From contig CAXXGJ010000038.1 of NCBI GenBank assembly GCA_963677895.2, positions 32,001 through 96,000 of the forward strand: DNA of 64,000 nt, given 5' to 3'. The stretch is from Treponemataceae bacterium (GTDB lineage: Bacteria; Spirochaetota; Spirochaetia; Treponematales; Rectinemataceae). Of the stretch, positions 19,097 to 34,008 are shown in pieces. The position numbers and the translations under genes were made by a program. The notes beneath the pieces are model-generated. The model searched no databases. It saw only the letters and a list, made by a program, of their open reading frames with translations, and had not been told where the DNA came from. Position 1 is the first letter of the stretch. Each line of letters begins with the position of its first letter.

Positions 19097-20008
19097 TCAG
19101 TCGACCGCGTCGGCGAATATTTTCGCTTCAATACAATCATCGGGCTTGTCGGCGTCGCCTCCGCCGTTCCCGCTTGCCTTGTCGGCAAATTCCGCGTCCA
19201 GGCTGTCCAGGAAGGCTTTTGCCCTATCCAGCTTTCTCATGAGTTTTTCGAACTGCGGAACCGTGAGCTGCTGGTCCTTGTCGCTCAGGGCGCTCTCCGG
19301 ATCGATGTGCACCTCGATCTCCAGTCCGTTGGCGCCGGCCATCAGGGCAGCCAGGCTCATCGGCTCGATCATGGAGAGGATCCCCGTTCCGTGGCTTGGA
19401 TCAACGATGATCGGGAGATGGGTTTCCTTGTGGACGGCGGGCACCATCGATAAATCAAGGGTATTTCTCGTATAGGTTTCGAAGGTCCTTATGCCGCGTT
19501 CGCAGAGAATGACGTTGGGATTGCCTTCGGCGAGAATATATTCGGCGCAGTTGAGCCATTCTTCCAGGGTGGAATACATTCCGCGTTTGAGGAGTATGGG
19601 CTTGCCCGATTTGCCGACCTCCCTCAGGAGGGAAAAATTCTGCATGTTGCGCGCGCCGATCTGGAGGATATCGGCATATTCGCCGACCCAGGACACATCC
19701 CTCGTATCGACGACTTCCGTCACGATCGGCAGGCCTGTCTCTTTTTTTGCCTTGTCCAGTATCTTGAGTCCCTTGAGCCCGAGTCCCTGAAAAGCATAGG
19801 GGGAGGTTCTCGGCTTGAAGGCTCCGCCGCGGAGCATCAGGGCTCCGGCTTTTTTCACGGCGATGGCGGTCTCGATGGTCTGTTTTTCCGTCTCCACCGA
19901 ACAGGGGCCGGCTATGACGACAAAGCCTCTGCCGAATTCGACGCCCTGAACGTTGATGATGCTGCGGCTGAAATCGGGTCGTGCCGCTACGAGCTTGAGA
20001 TTTTTCAT
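19097..20008 (-). CDS. aroF: DAHP synthase, class I-beta
   Basis: [48 protein letters not shown]. Confidence 0.95.
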   Translation of the reverse strand: MKNLKLVAARPDFSRSIINVQGVEFGRGFVVIAGPCSVETEKQTIETAIAVKKAGALMLRGGAFKPRTSPYAFQGLGLKGLKILDKAKKETGLPIVTEVVDTRDVSWVGEYADILQIGARNMQNFSLLREVGKSGKPILLKRGMYSTLEEWLNCAEYILAEGNPNVILCERGIRTFETYTRNTLDLSMVPAVHKETHLPIIVDPSHGTGILSMIEPMSLAALMAGANGLEIEVHIDPESALSDKDQQLTVPQFEKLMRKLDRAKAFLDSLDAEFADKASGNGGGDADKPDDCIEAKIFADAVD

Positions 20009-20079
20009 GAAATAATACTCCGGCGCCTGGATTCATACCGTCCCGGCTATGACTAATGCTCCTCCGAAGAGTAACAACG

Positions 20080-20108
20080 ATCATATCCGCGCGGGATGCT
20101 ATGGTCAA
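20080..20108 (-). promoter_or_regulatory. Putative sigma70 promoter of the aroF-aroB-aroC-pheA-tyrA operon
   Basis: TTGACC-17-TATGAT on the minus strand. Confidence 0.7.
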
Positions 20109-20155
20109 GGAAGATCACGCTTTTGTTTCCACGCCTTTTGCATTATCATAAAGCC

Positions 20156-23128
20156 ATGTATTTCAACGAACTTGTGGCCGCCTATGATCAGCAGCGACGG
20201 GAACGCAATATCTACCATGACCTGATGAGATTCAGGGTACGCGAAGTGCTTCTGGTCGGAAGCCTCTACGATTCCTTCGTGGTGGAATCGGATGGGGTCT
20301 TGACTGAGCAGATCTATGGCGAATATTTCAAACTCAACCTTAATACCATCCCGCGGGTGACCTGCGCCTATTCCGATGAATCGGCTCTCGATCAGTTCCG
20401 CGGAGGGAGCTTCGACCTCGTCATCCTCATGGGAGGCATCGATTTCGACGCTCCACTCAAATTGGCTCAGGACATGAAACATATCTGGCCGGATATCCCC
20501 ATCCTTCTCATGGCCACCAATAACTCAAGTCTCGAAAGTCTCGACATGGCCGCTCCGGGCCTGACCGCCATAGACAGGATTTTTGTCTGGAACGGCTACT
20601 CCAAGCTTTTTGTCGGAATGATCAAGTTTGTCGAAGATATGAGGAATGTCCAGGCTGATACGATGTCCGCCAGAGTCAGGGTCATCCTTCTCATAGAAGA
20701 TTCGGTGCGCTACTACTCGCGTTTCCTTCCGGTTTTATACAAGGTGGTGCTGCGTCAGACCCAGAATCTGATCGAAGAAGAGAAAGTGACCGAGACCTAC
20801 AAGCTTCTTTCCATAAGGGCCAGACCGAAGATCCTTCTTGCCTCGAGCTACGAGGAAGCGCTGGAAATATTCAATACCTATGAAGCCAATCTCCTAACGG
20901 TCATCACTGACGTTCGTTTCCCGAGAAACGGCAAATGCGACGAAGAAGCCGGTTTCGCTTTCCTCAAAATGGCCAAGAAGCGGATTCCCGACCTACCCGT
21001 TCTCGTTCAGTCCAGCGAGCAAAGAATTAGAGAGAAGGCCAATTCCATGGGGGCCGCCTTTACCGACAAGAATTCCGAATCCCTCGAAATGGAACTCGCT
21101 ACCTTCCTCCAGCAGAATCTCGGTTTTGGCGTCTTCCGTTTCTGCATGCCCGACGGAACCGAGCTGAGACAAGCCAGGAACATGAAGGAGTTCATCGAGA
21201 TTCTCCATGTCCTTCCGCCGGAAAGTCTGGCTTATCACGCCGAGAGAAACCACTTTTCCGCCTGGCTGATGGCGCGAGGCGAGATACAGATGTCCAAGGT
21301 TTTAAGGCCTTACCGGCTGGATGATTTCCCCAACATCATGGCGATGCGCGATTTCATTGTGGAAATTCTCGATACGGTAAAGAAGGAGAAATCGAGAGGC
21401 ATCATCGCGAATTTCGACGAAAGCATGATGATTGAGGAAAACTATGTCAGCCGTCTTGTCGATGGATCAGTGGGAGGGAAGGGGCGCGGCATCGTTTTCA
21501 TTCACTCCTTGCTTGAAAATCTCGATTTTTCCCACTACATCGATGGTCTTGACATAAAGATTCCGCGTACCGCTTTTATCGGAATAGACGAATTCGAGAC
21601 CTTTCTTGAATCGCACAACCTTTGGTCCTCGGCTTTCTACGGCCCTTATTCCAGGGAGCTAAAGAACACGTTTCTTTCGATCCCGCTGTCGCGATCCCTC
21701 GTGTCGAAACTCCGTATTTTTCTTGGCTCGACAGACAAGCCTTTGGCGGTAAGGTCATCGGGACTTTTCGAAGACATGCTCATGGTCCCGTTTTCCGGAA
21801 TTTACGACACCTATATAATTCCCAACAACCACCCGGATATCGAAGTGCGCCTGACGCAGCTCTGCGATGCCATAAGGCTTATCTACGCGAGCCTTTTTTC
21901 GATGGAAGCGAGGTCGTATTTTGAAGTTGCGCGATACAATCTCGAAGAAGAACGTATGGCGGTTGTCATACAGGAACTCGTCGGTTCGATGCACGGGAAT
22001 TATTACTATCCGGAAATCTCGGGTGTTGCGCAGTCATATAACTATTATCCCATTTCATACACGAAACCCGAGGACGGCCTCTGCGTTTCAGGGCTTGGCC
22101 TCGGCACATGGGTAGTGGGAGGCGGTGCCGCGCATCGTTTTTGCCCTAAATATCCGAAACTGGACGTGCTGTCTCCGGATCAAGCCCTTGAGAACACTCA
22201 GAGGAGTTTTCACGCTCTCGACATGAGCCGCTCGACGCCGAACCTCTATTCGGGCGAGATGGCGAGCCTGTCGGAACTGCCCATTTCGCAGGCCGCCGGC
22301 AGCAAGAGATTCCCGCTCGTCGTCTCGACATGGGATGCCGAAGATTTGCGTTTCGTTCCGGGCGACTCCGGCAGAGGACCCAAAGTCATCGATCTCGCGA
22401 ACATTCTCAAGCATGACGCGCTGCCCTTCGCCAATGCAATTTCGATGATCCTGGATGTGGGCACGCGCTCCATGGGAACGCCAGTGGAGATAGAATACGC
22501 GCTCAATCTGGAAGAGGAGACCGGTACTCCTGCCCTCTATATTCTCCAGCTGAAGCCGCTCATCCACAGACAGGAAAAAGTGGATATTAACCTTGCTGCA
22601 GTGGATCGGAAAGAATGCTTCATCTATTCCAACAAGACCATGGGCAATGGAAGGGAACTTGGAATCAGCGACATCGTATGGGTGGACCCGGAATCCTTCG
22701 ACCGTTCAAAGACGCTGGAAATGGCCGCGGAAATAGAGGAACTGGACACACAGCTCAAGAAGCTGGGCAGACGATACATTCTGGTGGGGCCGGGAAGATG
22801 GGGTTCGAGGGATCGTTGGTTGGGAATTCCCGTATCGTTTTCGCAAATTTCCAGGGCAAAGATCATTGTCGAAGCCGATCTTCCCGATTTCGTCATCGAT
22901 TCTTCCCTAGGCTCGCATTTTTTCCACAACCTTACGAGCATGAGCATTGGCTATATAAAGATTTCGCGCGATGAAGGGGATTTTATAGACTGGAATTGGC
23001 TTAAATCGATGCCGACCGCGCAGTCTTCCGCTCATTGCCGGTGGACGAGCCTCGAAGTCCCCATTGAAGTAGCCATGGACGGCAGGTCGAGCAAGGCTTT
23101 TATACTGAAGCCCCTTCCTCCACATTGA
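20156..23128 (+). CDS. Receiver-domain + PEP/pyruvate-binding (PPDK_N) domain protein
   Basis: Receiver elements (VILLIEDS..VITDVRFP..VQSS..DKNS); ATP-grasp motifs VGGKGRG, LAVRSSG..ED..FSGIY.T, MAVVIQE, EIEYA, ILQLKP; C-terminal GPGRWGS and GSHFFHN; 990 aa from ATG 20156. Confidence 0.85.
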   Translation: MYFNELVAAYDQQRRERNIYHDLMRFRVREVLLVGSLYDSFVVESDGVLTEQIYGEYFKLNLNTIPRVTCAYSDESALDQFRGGSFDLVILMGGIDFDAPLKLAQDMKHIWPDIPILLMATNNSSLESLDMAAPGLTAIDRIFVWNGYSKLFVGMIKFVEDMRNVQADTMSARVRVILLIEDSVRYYSRFLPVLYKVVLRQTQNLIEEEKVTETYKLLSIRARPKILLASSYEEALEIFNTYEANLLTVITDVRFPRNGKCDEEAGFAFLKMAKKRIPDLPVLVQSSEQRIREKANSMGAAFTDKNSESLEMELATFLQQNLGFGVFRFCMPDGTELRQARNMKEFIEILHVLPPESLAYHAERNHFSAWLMARGEIQMSKVLRPYRLDDFPNIMAMRDFIVEILDTVKKEKSRGIIANFDESMMIEENYVSRLVDGSVGGKGRGIVFIHSLLENLDFSHYIDGLDIKIPRTAFIGIDEFETFLESHNLWSSAFYGPYSRELKNTFLSIPLSRSLVSKLRIFLGSTDKPLAVRSSGLFEDMLMVPFSGIYDTYIIPNNHPDIEVRLTQLCDAIRLIYASLFSMEARSYFEVARYNLEEERMAVVIQELVGSMHGNYYYPEISGVAQSYNYYPISYTKPEDGLCVSGLGLGTWVVGGGAAHRFCPKYPKLDVLSPDQALENTQRSFHALDMSRSTPNLYSGEMASLSELPISQAAGSKRFPLVVSTWDAEDLRFVPGDSGRGPKVIDLANILKHDALPFANAISMILDVGTRSMGTPVEIEYALNLEEETGTPALYILQLKPLIHRQEKVDINLAAVDRKECFIYSNKTMGNGRELGISDIVWVDPESFDRSKTLEMAAEIEELDTQLKKLGRRYILVGPGRWGSRDRWLGIPVSFSQISRAKIIVEADLPDFVIDSSLGSHFFHNLTSMSIGYIKISRDEGDFIDWNWLKSMPTAQSSAHCRWTSLEVPIEVAMDGRSSKAFILKPLPPH

Positions 23129-23229
23129 CGGTTAGGGCGGTTTTGAGCAATACTGACGCACAATAGGCACAATCGTTATCCTCGTATGACCTACGATGTA
23201 CCCTAATCTCCTAGCATGGAGCTGACTAA

Positions 23230-24795
23230 ATGGATGCTGTAAGCGTTGCTAAAACCCTTCATCCCCTGGAAGTACGGATACTCCTTAAATACGAAAGCGG
23301 AAGCGAGATCGACGCGGCAAAAGTGCGCAGCGATCTAGGCTATCGCGAAGGCCAGGAAAACCAGGCCTTTTCGTGGTTGTCCGGCAAAGGGCTCATTGAA
23401 GAGACGGCAAGAACCGTATCGGTATTTTATGAGATCACGCCGCTCGGCGCTGAATATGCCGAGAAAGGCACGCCCGAAGAAAGAATATTCGGCTTTCTGG
23501 ACAGCTCAGGCCCGGCACGATTGCCCGAATTGGCGGAAAAGCTCGGTCTGGAACAGAAAAACATAGGATCCGCATTCGGCCTTCTTTCCAAAGAAGGCGT
23601 TCTCCGCATGGATGAGGAAAAGAGGGCGTCCCGAATAGAGGGGGCGGTTCTTCCCGGCCGTGTCGTCAGATTGAGCGAGCTTCTCAGGAACGCGGCGGCA
23701 AAGGGCGGCATCCTCGAGGAAAGCCAGCTGGACGCCGACGCGCTGACCATAATCCAGTCAGTGGCGAAAAAGAGAGGCGCGGGCGATGCCCCGTTCAGAA
23801 GCGGCGAGCGCGAACGGGTGGTCTATCGCCTTGCCGAGGCGGCCCGGAACGTAAAAGAAGCGCTGATCGCGCTGGGAATGACGGGTGAGGAGCTGGGAGC
23901 CCTGACTCCGGCCATGCTTGAGAATGGCAGCTGGAAAAGCGGCAGCTTCAGACCTTACAATATCGGCGTCAATCCAGCCCGAACGATTCCTGGAAGGAAG
24001 AATCCCTACGTCGAATTCCTGGAGAGCGTAAAGGACAAGCTCGTCTCCCTGGGCTTTGAGGAATTCGACGGCAATATGGTCGAAACGGAATTCTGGAATT
24101 CCGACGCGCTTTTCATGCCGCAGTTCCATTCGGCGCGGGATATTCACGATGTCTACCATATAGATGACCCCAAGTCGGCCAAATTCATAGAAGAGCCCTA
24201 TCTCTCCAATATCGCGGCCGTGCATGAAAACGGCGGAAATACTGGGAGCCGCGGCTGGAACTATAATTTTGACCGCGACTTCACGAAACGGCTCCTCCTG
24301 CGAAGCCAGGGAACGGTGCTTTCGGCGAGACAGCTGCCGAAAGCCAAGGTCCCGGGTAAATATTTCGGCATAGCGCGATGTTTCCGCTACGACAAGGTCG
24401 ACGCTACCCATCTCTCGGATTTCTATCAGACGGAAGGGATCGTTCTCGGCGAGGAGGTGAATCTCCGGACACTTCTTGGATTCCTGGAAATGTTCGCCGT
24501 GGAGGTAGCAGGCGCCAAGGAAGTAAAATACGTTCCCGGCTATTTCCCCTTCACGGAACCCTCTGTCGAAGTGCATATCAAGCATCCGGTTCTCGGCTGG
24601 TTCGAACTCGGCGGCTCCGGGATTTTCAGGCCGGAAGTGACGAAATCGCTCGGCATCGATGTACCGGTCCTCGCCTGGGGCATCGGCATCGACAGAATGG
24701 CGCTCATGGCTCTCGGACTGAACGATCTCAGGGAGCTGTTCAGCCCCGACCTCGAAAGCGTACGCATGCGCCGAGCAATGAACAAAACACGCTGA
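23230..24795 (+). CDS. pheS: Phenylalanyl-tRNA synthetase alpha subunit (long archaeal/eukaryote type)
   Basis: 521 aa with N-terminal winged-helix-like extension; FWNSDALFMPQFHSARD, motif 2 FRYDKVDATH, YFPFTEPS, motif 3 AWGIGIDR. Confidence 0.97.
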   Translation: MDAVSVAKTLHPLEVRILLKYESGSEIDAAKVRSDLGYREGQENQAFSWLSGKGLIEETARTVSVFYEITPLGAEYAEKGTPEERIFGFLDSSGPARLPELAEKLGLEQKNIGSAFGLLSKEGVLRMDEEKRASRIEGAVLPGRVVRLSELLRNAAAKGGILEESQLDADALTIIQSVAKKRGAGDAPFRSGERERVVYRLAEAARNVKEALIALGMTGEELGALTPAMLENGSWKSGSFRPYNIGVNPARTIPGRKNPYVEFLESVKDKLVSLGFEEFDGNMVETEFWNSDALFMPQFHSARDIHDVYHIDDPKSAKFIEEPYLSNIAAVHENGGNTGSRGWNYNFDRDFTKRLLLRSQGTVLSARQLPKAKVPGKYFGIARCFRYDKVDATHLSDFYQTEGIVLGEEVNLRTLLGFLEMFAVEVAGAKEVKYVPGYFPFTEPSVEVHIKHPVLGWFELGGSGIFRPEVTKSLGIDVPVLAWGIGIDRMALMALGLNDLRELFSPDLESVRMRRAMNKTR

Positions 24796-24805
24796 GGGAG
24801 ATGTT

Positions 24806-26521
24806 ATGCCTAAAATTGAAGTAAACGAAAAGCTTTTCTTCTCGCTCCTGGGCGACAGCCCCGATGCGGCCAGACTCGAAGCCATTCTTCCGACGGCCAA
24901 GGCCGAACTGGATGGCTGGGACAAGGAAGCGGCTGAGCCCGAAAACAGGACGATAAAGATTGAACTCAACGATACGAACCGTCCCGACCTTTGGACGACG
25001 GCCGGACTCGCCCGTCAGCTCAAAGCCCACAGAAAGGGTGAAATAACCGAGTACCCGTTCTTTGTGCCGCTGGGGGAGCCACGCGATTCGGCATACATCG
25101 TTGAAGTGGAAGAAAGCGTCAGAAAAGTCAGGCCTTTTCTCGCGGGGTTTGTGGCCAGGGGTGTTCCGATAACCGACTCAATGCTGAAAGAGCTCATCCA
25201 AGCCCAGGAAAAATTGACGTGGAATTTCGGGCGCAAGCGGAAGACTGTCTCGATCGGCCTTTATCGTCCCTCCGTGATCTCGTGGCCGGTGCATTACCGA
25301 GGCGTGGATCCCGACAAGGTTTCCTTCGTCCCCCTCCAGGAAACGAGGAACATGACGCTGCGGCAGATTCTCGCGGAACACCCCAAAGGGAAGGAATACG
25401 GATCCATTCTCCAGAACGAACCTATCCACCCCCTTCTTCTCGACGACAACGACAGGGTGCTTTCCTATCCGCCCATCATCAACTCAGCCGACCTGGGCGC
25501 CGTTCTCGTCGGCGATTCGGAGCTGTTCATCGAGGTGACGGGAAGCGATTACCCTTCGGTCTCGCTTACCGCATCCATCCTCGCGTGCGACCTCCACGAC
25601 ATGGGCTTTGCCATCGAAAATGTCGTCGTGCGGTATCCCTATGACACGCCATTCGGCAGGAAAATAACCTTCCCCTCTTACTTCCAGCAGGAACTCAAGG
25701 TTCATATCGACCAGGTGAGAAAACTGCTTGGCCTTGACATGAGCGTGGAAAAGGCGAGGGCCGCCGTCGAGAGCATGGGTTCGAAGGCCAGGGTGGAAGG
25801 CGACTTCATCACGGTGAAGCCCGCCGAGTATCGAAACGATTTTCTTCACCCCGTCGATATCATCGAGGACGTGCTGATCGGGATCGGCATGGAGAATTTC
25901 CCCCCGGAAAAGCCGCGCGATTTCACCATAGGAAGGCTTTCCCCCATCGAGCAGTTCTCACGGAAGGCTAAACTTTCGCTCGTAGGCATGGGGTATCAGG
26001 AAATGATCTACAACTATCTCGGCAGCAGGCGGGATTATGTGGATAAGATGGGCATTCAGGCCGAAACCGTCGTGAAGATCACCAACCCGATGAGCGAAAA
26101 CTTCGAGTATCTGAGGAATTCGCCGCTACCGGGCCTCCTGGGAACCGAATCGGTCTCCGTAAAGGCTCCCTATCCGCACAGGACTTTTGAAGTGGGCAAG
26201 GTCGCCATCAAGGATGCCGAAGAAAACTACGGCATCGCGACGAGACAGTATATCGGTTTCCTCAATACGCATGCCCAAGCCGACTACAATGAATCCGCTT
26301 CGCATCTGGCTACGCTCATGTTCTATCTCGGCAAGGAGTACGGCGTAAAGGAAGCTTTCGATCCCCGCTTTATTCCAGGCCGTCAGGCCGAGGTATGGAG
26401 CGAAGGCAAAAAAGTCGGCGTTTTCGGAGAAATCCACCCGGCGATCCTTGGGGCTTTCGGAATAACCATGCCCTCGGCCGGCGGAGAAATCGATTTGGAC
26501 ACCATACTGGGAGAAAGCTGA
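24806..26521 (+). CDS. pheT: Phenylalanyl-tRNA synthetase beta subunit (short archaeal type)
   Basis: 571 aa; NRPDL, QEKL...GRKR, SYPPIINS, YRNDFLHPVDIIED, NPMSE, GEIHP. Confidence 0.96.
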   Translation: MPKIEVNEKLFFSLLGDSPDAARLEAILPTAKAELDGWDKEAAEPENRTIKIELNDTNRPDLWTTAGLARQLKAHRKGEITEYPFFVPLGEPRDSAYIVEVEESVRKVRPFLAGFVARGVPITDSMLKELIQAQEKLTWNFGRKRKTVSIGLYRPSVISWPVHYRGVDPDKVSFVPLQETRNMTLRQILAEHPKGKEYGSILQNEPIHPLLLDDNDRVLSYPPIINSADLGAVLVGDSELFIEVTGSDYPSVSLTASILACDLHDMGFAIENVVVRYPYDTPFGRKITFPSYFQQELKVHIDQVRKLLGLDMSVEKARAAVESMGSKARVEGDFITVKPAEYRNDFLHPVDIIEDVLIGIGMENFPPEKPRDFTIGRLSPIEQFSRKAKLSLVGMGYQEMIYNYLGSRRDYVDKMGIQAETVVKITNPMSENFEYLRNSPLPGLLGTESVSVKAPYPHRTFEVGKVAIKDAEENYGIATRQYIGFLNTHAQADYNESASHLATLMFYLGKEYGVKEAFDPRFIPGRQAEVWSEGKKVGVFGEIHPAILGAFGITMPSAGGEIDLDTILGES

Positions 26522-26560
26522 AGAGGCTGCTTCTCCCGGTGAAGCGAAAGCGGCTTTTTC
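26521..26560 (+). terminator. Probable terminator after pheT
   Basis: AAGAGGCTGCTT...AAGCGGCTTTTT imperfect stem ending in a T run. Confidence 0.45.
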
Positions 26561-26587
26561 GCGCGTATATCGTTCGGAAGGTGCCGC

Positions 26588-28138
26588 ATGGATATTTTTG
26601 CCTATGAACCCCTCGGCTTCGAGGGGTTTCTTGTTAAAGTGGAGGTCGATATCAGACGCGGGATTCCCGCCGTCGATGTCGTCGGTCTGGCGGCCGCATC
26701 CGTCAGGGAATCCCGCGAAAGAGTTCGGGCGGCCATCAGAAATTCCGCTTTCGAATTCCCCCAGGACAGGGTGCTCATCAATCTTTCCCCGGCCGATCTG
26801 CCCAAAGAAGGCTCCCTCTACGATCTTCCCATAGCGCTCAAGATCCTTTCCGCCTCCGGCGCGGTTCCAGACTGCGGGAAAAGCATCCTCGTCATCGGGG
26901 AACTGACGCTGGATGGTTATGTCTGTCCTGTGCGGGGGACTTTGCCGGCACTTCTCCAGGCTTCGCGGAAGGGTATACGTGACTATATCGTGCCGGAATC
27001 CAACTATGCCGAGGCTGGCCGGCTTCGCCAAGGACATCTCTTCCCGATTGGCCATATATCGGAAATTCCGGACATACTCCTTTCCATCCGAGATGGAGCC
27101 AGCTCCCTCTCAAAACACGCAAGGCGCGGGTCGCCTCAGGATCCTTCCGAAGACGAAACCCCGGCGTCGGAGATCGATTTCTCCGATTATCTGGGAAACG
27201 CGAAAGTCATGAGGGCCCTCGTCATAGCGGCAGCCGGAAGGCATAATCTTCTGCTTTTCGGGCCGCCGGGGTCAGGGAAAACGATGGCCGCGATGCGCTT
27301 TCCCTCTCTCCTGCCTGCCTTGACGGAGATTCAGGCCATGGAAGTGGCGGCTATATGGTCGCTCCATGGGAAACGGTACGGCGGCAAATCATCGGCTTCA
27401 AGGCCGCCGGTCTGTTCGCCTCATCACTCGGCTTCCCTGGAGGGTATCGTCGGCGGCGGCAAGCCTCCTCGTCCCGGGGAGATCAGCCTCGCCCATAGAG
27501 GGGTGCTTTTCCTGGACGAGACGCCCGAATTCGGGCACGATGTCCTTCAATCGCTGCGGGAGCCTTTGGAGCGTGGCAGCATCACCGTGGTACGGGCCGG
27601 GCGGGTTCTCCAGTATCCGGCAGACTTTCAGCTCCTCATGGCGGCCAACTCCTGCCCCTGCGGCAACCTCGGAAGCCCAACCAAGGCATGCATCTGCTCT
27701 CCTATGGAAATCCAGCGCTATTGGAAGAAACTGGGAGGCCCTCTTCTGGATCGCATCGATATGAGAATACCCGTCCTCATTCCGGACGCGGCATCGATGC
27801 TCAGCTCCCCCGGCCACTGCCAGGCCGACCTCGTCCGTGAAGTCGAGGAAGCCTCCCGTCTTCAGATGGAGAGGACGGCGGTGTTCGGAGGTTTGTACAA
27901 CAGCAGGCTGCAGCCGGAAATGGTCAAGCAGTACTGCGGCCTTGGCGCCGAAGCCGACGAACTGTTCCGAGACAGGGCGGAGGAACTGGGGCTTTCGATG
28001 AGAGCTTGCCATTCCGTTCTTAAGATTGCCAGAACTATCGCCGACATGCAGGGGGCTATCGCCATACAAGCCCCCATGGTAGCGGAAGCCGTCGGGTATC
28101 GGGAGTATGGAGACGGGGACAGTTACTGGCCATACTGA
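26588..28138 (+). CDS. comM: YifB/ComM family Mg-chelatase-like AAA+ ATPase
   Basis: VRESRERV, INLSPADLPKEG..YDLP, GPPGSGKT, PHHSAS, PGEISLAHRGVLFLDE, GPLLDRID, ARTIAD. Confidence 0.92.
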   Translation: MDIFAYEPLGFEGFLVKVEVDIRRGIPAVDVVGLAAASVRESRERVRAAIRNSAFEFPQDRVLINLSPADLPKEGSLYDLPIALKILSASGAVPDCGKSILVIGELTLDGYVCPVRGTLPALLQASRKGIRDYIVPESNYAEAGRLRQGHLFPIGHISEIPDILLSIRDGASSLSKHARRGSPQDPSEDETPASEIDFSDYLGNAKVMRALVIAAAGRHNLLLFGPPGSGKTMAAMRFPSLLPALTEIQAMEVAAIWSLHGKRYGGKSSASRPPVCSPHHSASLEGIVGGGKPPRPGEISLAHRGVLFLDETPEFGHDVLQSLREPLERGSITVVRAGRVLQYPADFQLLMAANSCPCGNLGSPTKACICSPMEIQRYWKKLGGPLLDRIDMRIPVLIPDAASMLSSPGHCQADLVREVEEASRLQMERTAVFGGLYNSRLQPEMVKQYCGLGAEADELFRDRAEELGLSMRACHSVLKIARTIADMQGAIAIQAPMVAEAVGYREYGDGDSYWPY

Positions 28139-28203
28139 AAAACCGCTGGCTTTAAAAGCAAGAAAAAGATACCGCGTTTATCCGGAAATATATCAAAAAC
28201 CTG

Positions 28204-28232
28204 TTGACAATAAATTCGATTCCAAGTAACCT
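28204..28232 (+). promoter_or_regulatory. rrn promoter P1
   Basis: TTGACA-17-TAACCT with A-rich upstream sequence. Confidence 0.7.
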
Positions 28233-28328
28233 CCTTTTCGCGCTGGAACGAGAGGGAAAGCGCTCCGTGAGCGGGTTTTCGAGAAATACGGAAATCCTGC
28301 GAAAGAGTTGAAAAACTCAGAAACGGGC

Positions 28329-28358
28329 TTGACAAAAGGTGAGCAAGTTTGCTACCTT
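28329..28358 (+). promoter_or_regulatory. rrn promoter P2
   Basis: TTGACA-18-TACCTT with TG extension. Confidence 0.65.
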
Positions 28359-28484
28359 CATTGAGCGCTCTAAGGGAAGGCCAAGGGAAACCGAGACTGA
28401 CCGAAAGAGCGGGAGGCGAAAACCGGAGGCCGCAAAGCGGCTTGAGGCGAATAGCCGAGGGATCTACCACAGTAAATAGGGAAG

Positions 28485-30347
<1,863 letters not shown>

Positions 30348-30362
30348 TATTCCTTTTTTTTC

Positions 30363-30436
30363 GGGCCAGTAGCTCAGTTGGTTAGAGCACTTCTCTGATA
30401 AGGAAGGGGTCAATAGTTCAACTCTATTCTGGCCCA
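30363..30436 (+). tRNA. tRNA-Ile(GAT)
   Basis: Acceptor GGGCCAG/CTGGCCC, D arm GCTC/GAGC, anticodon arm CTTCT-CTGATAA-GGAAG, T arm AATAG-TTCAACT-CTATT; CCA not encoded. Confidence 0.96.
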
Positions 30437-30608
30437 TCCAGTTCTCTGAAGTTTTTAATTCATAGAGAAAAGGTTCTTTTACATAATGAGGGAAGGGAAG
30501 CAGGCACATTTCCTGAAGTGACTGATCTAGGAATAGGTTGGTTTATAGCTTTGGGGAATGAGCAAATGAAAACGATATCAAGAAGCGATAAAGAGTGAAG
30601 CATAATAT

Positions 30609-33585
<2,977 letters not shown>

Positions 33586-33759
33586 ATATTATCCTTCACT
33601 TTTTTAACAAAGAGAGATCTTGTCGCTTTTCTTTTGATACAAGGGCGCGCTGCATGCAATACGGCAGCCGATCGATGATGAATTCAAGATACGCACTGCT
33701 TCCCTAGGTGAAGAAAAGCTTCTTTAGCTTTCCTTCTTCCCTTTCTTTCAGGTAATTAT

Positions 33760-33864
<105 letters not shown>

Positions 33865-33871
<7 letters not shown>

Positions 33872-33968
33872 TTTTTTTTATTCAAAGGGCTCTCCTTCGG
33901 GAGGGCCTTTTGAATATATGAGAGCCTTGGCCACTAGGCCTTCATTGATTGCCAGGCTTTTTTTATTC
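33865..33968 (+). repeat. Direct repeat of the 5S 3' end
   Basis: GCCAGGC-T8-ATTC (33865-33883) and GCCAGGC-T7-ATTC (33951-33968). Confidence 0.75.
33880..33915 (+). terminator. rrn terminator hairpin
   Basis: ATTCAAAGGGCTCTCC-TTCG-GGAGGGCCTTTTGAAT, 16-bp stem with cUUCGg loop. Confidence 0.8.
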
Positions 33969-34008
33969 TTGTACCTCTCGTCATTCCGATGATACAATCC
34001 ACGCAATG
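33969..34008 (+). promoter_or_regulatory. Putative promoter giving a leaderless degT-like/nadK/recN transcript
   Basis: TTGTAC-18-TACAAT with TG extension, then 7 nt, then ATG 34006; no SD. Confidence 0.6.

Noticed and set aside
20009..20075. Attenuator or leader peptide before aroF (GGAGGAG in the leader)
   Set aside because: No suitably placed start codon, no Phe/Tyr/Trp codon run and no terminator.
23129..23229. T-box or pheM-type attenuator before pheS
   Set aside because: The region is only about 100 nt, with no T-box motif or Phe-rich peptide.
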